From Spirochaetia bacterium (GTDB lineage: Bacteria > Spirochaetota > Spirochaetia > SP-2023): a stretch of DNA of 64,000 nt. Location of the stretch: the NCBI GenBank assembly GCA_965225855.1, contig CBDDCK010000005.1, forward strand, positions 128,001 to 192,000, read 5' to 3'. Shown piece by piece: positions 58,901 through 64,000 of this stretch. Position 1 is the stretch's first letter, and each line of letters begins with the position of its first letter. Made by a program: the position numbers and the translations under genes. The notes beneath the pieces were generated by a model. It saw nothing but the letters and a program-made list of their open reading frames with translations. It searched no databases and was not told the origin of the DNA.

Positions 58901-59526
58901 TATTTTTTGATAATGAAAACTGTAAATTATTTTTTATAAGATTTTATCTATTATTTTTGTATAGTACAATAGGATTCTGTATCACCATAATTGGAATGGG
59001 GCAGGCCTATTTTATAGTTCAAAGCTCACCTGTAGGGGAGAATACAGCAGAGTTAGAGCAGCCCAGGCAGCACAGCCTAGGCCAATCGTATGGAAGGCCA
59101 GCCAAGCAATTTGAACAACAGCTACAGCAAACAAACCCGAAAGAAGTTCTAGTTAAGCCCAGTGCTCCATACCCACCATATCCCAACTACCCTGAACCCT
59201 CTATACCCTGCCCGCCACGAACTCCTAGAAGGGCATTGGATAATCAAGAGTACTTGTATTTGAACCATATCTATTTTCAACCATTGACCATAGCGATAGG
59301 CGATTTTGTCAGTTTTGGGTGGCTCACTCTCGTTGGGGCGAACAAGGCCTTGCGTTTAGGGCTGGATGTTTACAATGCAGGTAACAAGATAGCCTTTGAT
59401 GGTGGTTTCTTTGAGTATGTAACTAACGGTAATTTATTTACCGAGTCTAACTTCATTTACCCAGTAGAGCCCATCGCTTTAAAATTTAGCCTTCGCTTTG
59501 GTTTCGATGTAAGTTTTTTCTTTTAG
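58897..59526 (+). CDS. Hypothetical exported protein, possibly outer-membrane
   Basis: ATGA overlap with the upstream stop; hydrophobic N-terminus, Pro-rich linker, aromatic C-terminus FGFDVSFFF. Confidence 0.55.
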   Translation: MIFFDNENCKLFFIRFYLLFLYSTIGFCITIIGMGQAYFIVQSSPVGENTAELEQPRQHSLGQSYGRPAKQFEQQLQQTNPKEVLVKPSAPYPPYPNYPEPSIPCPPRTPRRALDNQEYLYLNHIYFQPLTIAIGDFVSFGWLTLVGANKALRLGLDVYNAGNKIAFDGGFFEYVTNGNLFTESNFIYPVEPIALKFSLRFGFDVSFFF

Positions 59527-59537
59527 ATTGGTTACTT

Positions 59538-60329
59538 ATGTTTGTGTATATTTTGCTAATTGTAACTATTGCCCTATGGTGGGCCTTTTTTCTTATTTTT
59601 CGGCGATACATACAAAGCCAATTGGGTAAGGTAGAATATGTACGCCGTGTGGAAAATGAATTGCAACAATTATTGTTAGATGTCAATCGCAGTGCTGAAG
59701 ATATAACTTTGGTGATTGAAGACCGCAGCCAACAATTGCGCGATTTGCTGGAGAAGGCCGATAAGCTGCTGCAGGACTGTACAAAGGCCAGTGAAAAGGC
59801 AGGACAACAAAATTATAACTTGCAGCAAAACCACTTGCGCCTGCGTGAATTAAAAGAAAGCGCCGAGAGCGCTTTGGAGCGTTTCCAATTGCGGTTAGTC
59901 CATTGGGAAGAACAGCTGAGCCACAGTAGGAAGGAGGCCTATCTTTCTATTGGAGCTAAGCTGGAAGAGGAATTGTCTCAAGAGTTGAGCCTAAAGTTGC
60001 AGCACAAGCTCGATACCGAGTTACAAGCTTTACAAGAACAAGCTATCCAAATGGCTAAGACTATGCTTAAAAGTAATCTTGAGAAGACCTTTGAAGCAGC
60101 TGTTGCAGAACAATCTTACCAACTTTCGGCAGTACCAAGCTCGCCCAAGGCCAAACTCCAGGAGAATAAATTGGCGGAAGGCGAGAACATCATCAATGCG
60201 CAATTGCGTTCGGAAATTGAGTTGTATATTGAGCAAGACCTCGATGCCTTGGTTATTAGTAAGAAAACGGGCGTGCCACTGAATTTAGTAGAGATTATGG
60301 TTAGTATGAAAACTGCAGATAGCTTGTAA
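59538..60329 (+). CDS. Membrane-anchored coiled-coil hypothetical protein with HTH-like C-terminus
   Basis: N-terminal TM, long heptad region, ISKKTGVPLNLVE tail. Confidence 0.7.
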   Translation: MFVYILLIVTIALWWAFFLIFRRYIQSQLGKVEYVRRVENELQQLLLDVNRSAEDITLVIEDRSQQLRDLLEKADKLLQDCTKASEKAGQQNYNLQQNHLRLRELKESAESALERFQLRLVHWEEQLSHSRKEAYLSIGAKLEEELSQELSLKLQHKLDTELQALQEQAIQMAKTMLKSNLEKTFEAAVAEQSYQLSAVPSSPKAKLQENKLAEGENIINAQLRSEIELYIEQDLDALVISKKTGVPLNLVEIMVSMKTADSL

Positions 60330-60359
60330 AAGTGAGCAAAATGCTCCTATTGTGTTGGT

Positions 60360-61424
60360 ATGATACAGCCTTTGAATAAGCAGACCCAGCAGCTAGCTTT
60401 GGAACTACACTTTAGCGCAACGCCAGCACAGGTGGCACTTTACCTTTTGCTTCAAGCGCAGGAACTGGGCTACCAAGATATTACAGAGTTTAGCGAGAGT
60501 GACTGGCTGCAAGCAATAGCACAGTCCGGCCAAGAGTATGGCAATTGGGCCAAATGGCGAGCCTCTCAAGCTATGGCCCAAAAAAAGGCATATGAAGTGG
60601 GCCATAGTGATGCAAAGGGATTGGGGGAGCTTTTGCTGTATGGTAGCCCAAACTATCCTGCAGCCTTGTATCCATTGTTTCGCCCGCCGTTTGTACTGTT
60701 TGCTCAAGGGAAACTAGAAATTATCCATAAAGAGGCTTCTGGTTTTGCGGTTTGCGGTAGCCGCAAGGTAACTTTACAAGGGCGCAGCGATGCTTTTGCC
60801 CTTGTCTATGGGGTTTGCCAAAGTGGCCCGTTTTATTTGGCTAGTGGTTTGACCGAAGGGATTGAGCTGGCAGCTTGTGAAGGGGCTTTAGCAGCAAATG
60901 GCCCTATTGTGGGGGTGCTGTGCTGTGGCTTAAATTCTATTGCACCACAAGAATCGCTGCAAATGGCACAGCGCATTCTTGCTGCTGGAGGTTTATTGCT
61001 TAGTGAGTATCCACCAACGCAGCCACGGCAGCGGTATACATTTTTGCAGCGCAACCGTATTTTAGCAGCCCTTTCTTCCAGTTTAATTATGGTGGAGCTA
61101 GGCCCTAAGACCAAAGCTTTGAACTTGGTAGAGTATGCTTTAGAACTAAATCACGATGTGGCCGTTTTAGGAGATTCTACTGGAGTGGCTAAGCTGCGAG
61201 AACAAGGCTGTTCCCATTGGCCTGATGCTGCGGCTTTGCTGCAAGCTTTGGGTATAGAATGCACAATTGAACAGACCGAAGTCTCACCCAATCATCGCTC
61301 AAGCGACAACCCAAGCCACAATGTTGGCGAATCCGTGGCCCAAAGCGTCTATAAAGAATTATATAACCAATGCCAACGTTATTTAGGCCGCCAAGTTGGT
61401 GGGCCTAGCAACAACCAATCATAA
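60360..61424 (+). CDS. dprA: DNA-processing protein DprA/Smf
   Basis: YPAAL..PPFVLF..G, AVCGSR, SGLTEGI, LLSEYPP, FLQRNRILAALS. Confidence 0.9.
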   Translation: MIQPLNKQTQQLALELHFSATPAQVALYLLLQAQELGYQDITEFSESDWLQAIAQSGQEYGNWAKWRASQAMAQKKAYEVGHSDAKGLGELLLYGSPNYPAALYPLFRPPFVLFAQGKLEIIHKEASGFAVCGSRKVTLQGRSDAFALVYGVCQSGPFYLASGLTEGIELAACEGALAANGPIVGVLCCGLNSIAPQESLQMAQRILAAGGLLLSEYPPTQPRQRYTFLQRNRILAALSSSLIMVELGPKTKALNLVEYALELNHDVAVLGDSTGVAKLREQGCSHWPDAAALLQALGIECTIEQTEVSPNHRSSDNPSHNVGESVAQSVYKELYNQCQRYLGRQVGGPSNNQS

Positions 61425-61495
61425 CCCTAGGATACTTAACCAATAACAGCTATTAGCTAGCCAACACTCAATAATTTAAAACTAAAAGAAATGTT

Positions 61496-61795
61496 CTTCA
61501 CGGCCTAGGTAGTTATTACTTCCTCGTAGGCTAGCTTTCCTATTGCAGCCTATCAACTTGCTGTTGCGTTAGGCCCGCAATCGCATCAATCATTTCTAGC
61601 AAGACATTCCGTCGCAGCCCTTCAGGTGTTTGTCTTCAGGGCGCAGTTCTTACCTAGTCCAACACAGACCATCGGCATAGAGTAGCGGCAGTGCATGTTG
61701 GCTGGTGCTAGTTCTACCATAGAGTTATAGCGTTCGTTTAATGGCTAGCAGCGTTTTAGGCAAGCCCAACAGCCTAGTTTGATGCAATCATTGGA
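61496..61795 (-). repeat. ~300-bp dispersed repeat, copy 2 (inverted)
   Basis: Reverse complement of 50286-50585 with scattered substitutions. Confidence 0.95.
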
Positions 61796-61873
61796 GCGAC
61801 GGCTTTATTATGGGGTGACGTTTGACAAAATAATTTGTAGATGGTATGCTAGCCTCAGTCAGAATAAAGTAAT

Positions 61874-63316
61874 ATGATACACACCCAGCCTGCCCAACCT
61901 AATGGGCTCGAGTTACTCCGCCAACACTACAGCCAAAGAGTCAATGCTCCCCTAGATAACTGGCATGGGTTTTGGCTAAAGCGCTGCTTAGAGTTAGCTA
62001 TTGCTGGTTTAGGCTGTGTGGCACCCAACCCCCTTGTGGGGGCCATATTGGTGCGGCCACGCAAATTTAGCTTAGTCGATTACATACACAAGATGGAAAG
62101 CCTATGTATAGGCCAAGTTTCAGAGTTTGCCAATTGGCAGCAGTATTTTGAAATCTTAGGGCAAGGCTATCACGTTGCTAGTGGGCAACTACATGCCGAG
62201 GCTGCTGCTTTTGTCGATGCAAGCAACAATGGCTATAGGGCAAAGGATTTCCAGCAAGCCGTATTGTACTGCAATTTGGAACCATGTAGCTTCCACTCTG
62301 CAAATAAAAAGCAACCGCCCTGTTGTGAACAAATTATAGACCGACAAGTTGGGGCTGTTGTCTTTGCCAACCATGACCCTAACCCAAAAGTGGAAGGTGC
62401 TATTATTTTGCACCGTGCTGGGGTACTCGTACGCAGTGGAGACTTTGCTCGCCAGTCTGCCATTATAAACCAGATATTCTTCCACTCTATGGCCGATACT
62501 AAAGATTTAGCGAATGCTACCCAAAGCCCTAAAAGACCTTGGGTGAGCTTGAAGTTGGCCCAATCTTTAGACGGCTGCATTGCCACCAAAAGCGGCCATT
62601 CCCAATGGATTAGTGGCCCTGCTGCTCGTGCTATGGTACAAGCTTTAAGGGCCTCACACGGTGCGGTTTGTAGCGGTGTAACCATAGGCCGTAAAACTTT
62701 GGAAGCGGATAATCCTAGTTTACTGCTACGGCCAGAGTTTCTACAACAATTGGCAATCATCAAACATTTAGAAGGCAAAACTCGGCAATGCTTAGCAAGC
62801 CAACAACCTTGGCGCGTTGTTTGGGACAGTAACTTGCACAGCTACAAGTATAACGATACTTGCCCTTTGCAATTTTATCAAGGCCCACATGCGCAGCGCA
62901 GTATTATTATTTGCAACCAAACACCCGATACCACGCAAGTCAATCAATTTACTACTATCGTTTTAAATTCTCCACTACATAGCAGGGCAGGGTTGTATGA
63001 AGGCTTGGCTATTTTAGGGCAAACTCCCTACAATATCCAGCACCTATTACTGGAAGGTGGTTCTCAATTGGCTAGCTCTTTTTTAGCTGCCCATCTGGTA
63101 GATGAAGTATATTGTTTTGTATCGCAACGTTTTATAGGGAATGGCCTGCATAGCTTGGCTGAATTACAGCCTAGTCAAAAAATTGTAACCTTGCCCCAAA
63201 CTTTACAATTGCAGTACAGTAGCAGCATGCCTATTGTAGAACAGGATTACAAAAATTGGAATGGCCCCGATGAGATATTGTGCCATGGCTACTTGAACTA
63301 TATTTTTATACCATAG
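61874..63316 (+). CDS. ribD: Riboflavin biosynthesis deaminase/reductase RibD
   Basis: PNPLVGA, HAE, LEPCS...PPCC, KLAQSLDG, SQWISG, DNPSL, LEGG. Confidence 0.95.
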   Translation: MIHTQPAQPNGLELLRQHYSQRVNAPLDNWHGFWLKRCLELAIAGLGCVAPNPLVGAILVRPRKFSLVDYIHKMESLCIGQVSEFANWQQYFEILGQGYHVASGQLHAEAAAFVDASNNGYRAKDFQQAVLYCNLEPCSFHSANKKQPPCCEQIIDRQVGAVVFANHDPNPKVEGAIILHRAGVLVRSGDFARQSAIINQIFFHSMADTKDLANATQSPKRPWVSLKLAQSLDGCIATKSGHSQWISGPAARAMVQALRASHGAVCSGVTIGRKTLEADNPSLLLRPEFLQQLAIIKHLEGKTRQCLASQQPWRVVWDSNLHSYKYNDTCPLQFYQGPHAQRSIIICNQTPDTTQVNQFTTIVLNSPLHSRAGLYEGLAILGQTPYNIQHLLLEGGSQLASSFLAAHLVDEVYCFVSQRFIGNGLHSLAELQPSQKIVTLPQTLQLQYSSSMPIVEQDYKNWNGPDEILCHGYLNYIFIP

Positions 63317-63330
63317 TGAGAAATGGAAAT

Positions 63331-63951
63331 ATGTTTACTGGAATTGTCGAAGAACTAGGGCTTTTGAAAGCAATACGACATTATCAAGGTTACACACAGT
63401 TGCAAGTTCAAGCCTCAAAAGTACTACAAGATTTGCAATTAGGAGATTCGATTGCAATCAATGGTGTTTGCCAAACTGTGGAAAAATTTGATAGAGATTC
63501 TTTTACTGTTGCTGCCTTTAAGGAAACTTTAACCAAAACAAACTTAGGGCAACTCCAAACTGGCGCATTATTGCATTTGGAACGAGCCTTAACTCTTGCT
63601 ACCCGAATAGGGGGGCATATTGTTCAAGGCCATGTCGATGGTTTAGCTTATGTACATGAAGTGCGCAAGGAAGGTAATAATTATTATCTGCACGTGAAAT
63701 TACCGTCAAAACTAATGAACTTATGCATTTTACATGGCTCTATTTGTCTTGACGGGGTTAGCCTGACGATAGCCAAACTATATAAAGATGGACTAGAAGC
63801 AAATATTATCGCCCATACTTGGCAACACACCATATTCGGCCATTACCGTATAGGCACAGCTATTAATGTGGAATGTGATATGTTCGGTAAATATATTCTG
63901 CGCTTTGCTCAAAACGGCTTACTGAATGGAAATCATTTTGTAGAAACCTAA
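63331..63951 (+). CDS. ribE: Riboflavin synthase alpha chain
   Basis: MFTGIVEE, GDSIAINGVCQTV, GGHIVQGHVDG. Confidence 0.97.
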   Translation: MFTGIVEELGLLKAIRHYQGYTQLQVQASKVLQDLQLGDSIAINGVCQTVEKFDRDSFTVAAFKETLTKTNLGQLQTGALLHLERALTLATRIGGHIVQGHVDGLAYVHEVRKEGNNYYLHVKLPSKLMNLCILHGSICLDGVSLTIAKLYKDGLEANIIAHTWQHTIFGHYRIGTAINVECDMFGKYILRFAQNGLLNGNHFVET

Positions 63952-64000
63952 AAAGAACAAGTAACCACAGCGCAAGATAAAACCGATCGACGTCTGCTTG

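Noticed and set aside
61628..61700. FMN riboswitch upstream of ribD (GTCTTCAGGGC resembles its 5' end)
   Set aside because: The conserved GGGTGAAATTCCC/ACCGGCGGT core is absent, and the stretch is part of a dispersed repeat also found far from rib genes.

Overview
Bacterial chromosome, most likely a spirochaete: it has an flgB-flgC-fliE-F-G-H-I-J operon followed by an FlbB-like collar gene, a TatT/TatP/TatQM (TPAT) transporter and Bdr-like repeat proteins. Housekeeping blocks (infA, TPAT-TlpA-acyl-CoA ligase, proC/proB, radC, flagellar genes, alr/ugd, glycosyltransferases, dprA, ribD/ribE) alternate with repeat-rich intergenic patches full of gene fragments. The main signal is a family of three paralogous surface lipoproteins built from two ~120-aa modules in different combinations (A4B2, A1B3, A2B2). 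They share a promoter with a poly-C spacer and have a length-variable EQ linker. Two of the three sit alone inside 2.4-3.1 kb cassettes bounded by TGA...TCA terminal inverted repeats with internal repeated sites, with no transposase or recombinase in the window. Other accessory features are a type III Mod gene followed by a frameshifted TPR-DUF2971-like gene, a double sugar/polyol ABC island, orphan polyketide beta-branching genes, several 10-11 and 21-23 bp tandem arrays, and two loop-less 40-42 bp palindromes. No rRNA, tRNA or CRISPR array was recognised. All family calls come from motifs read by eye; no database search was run.
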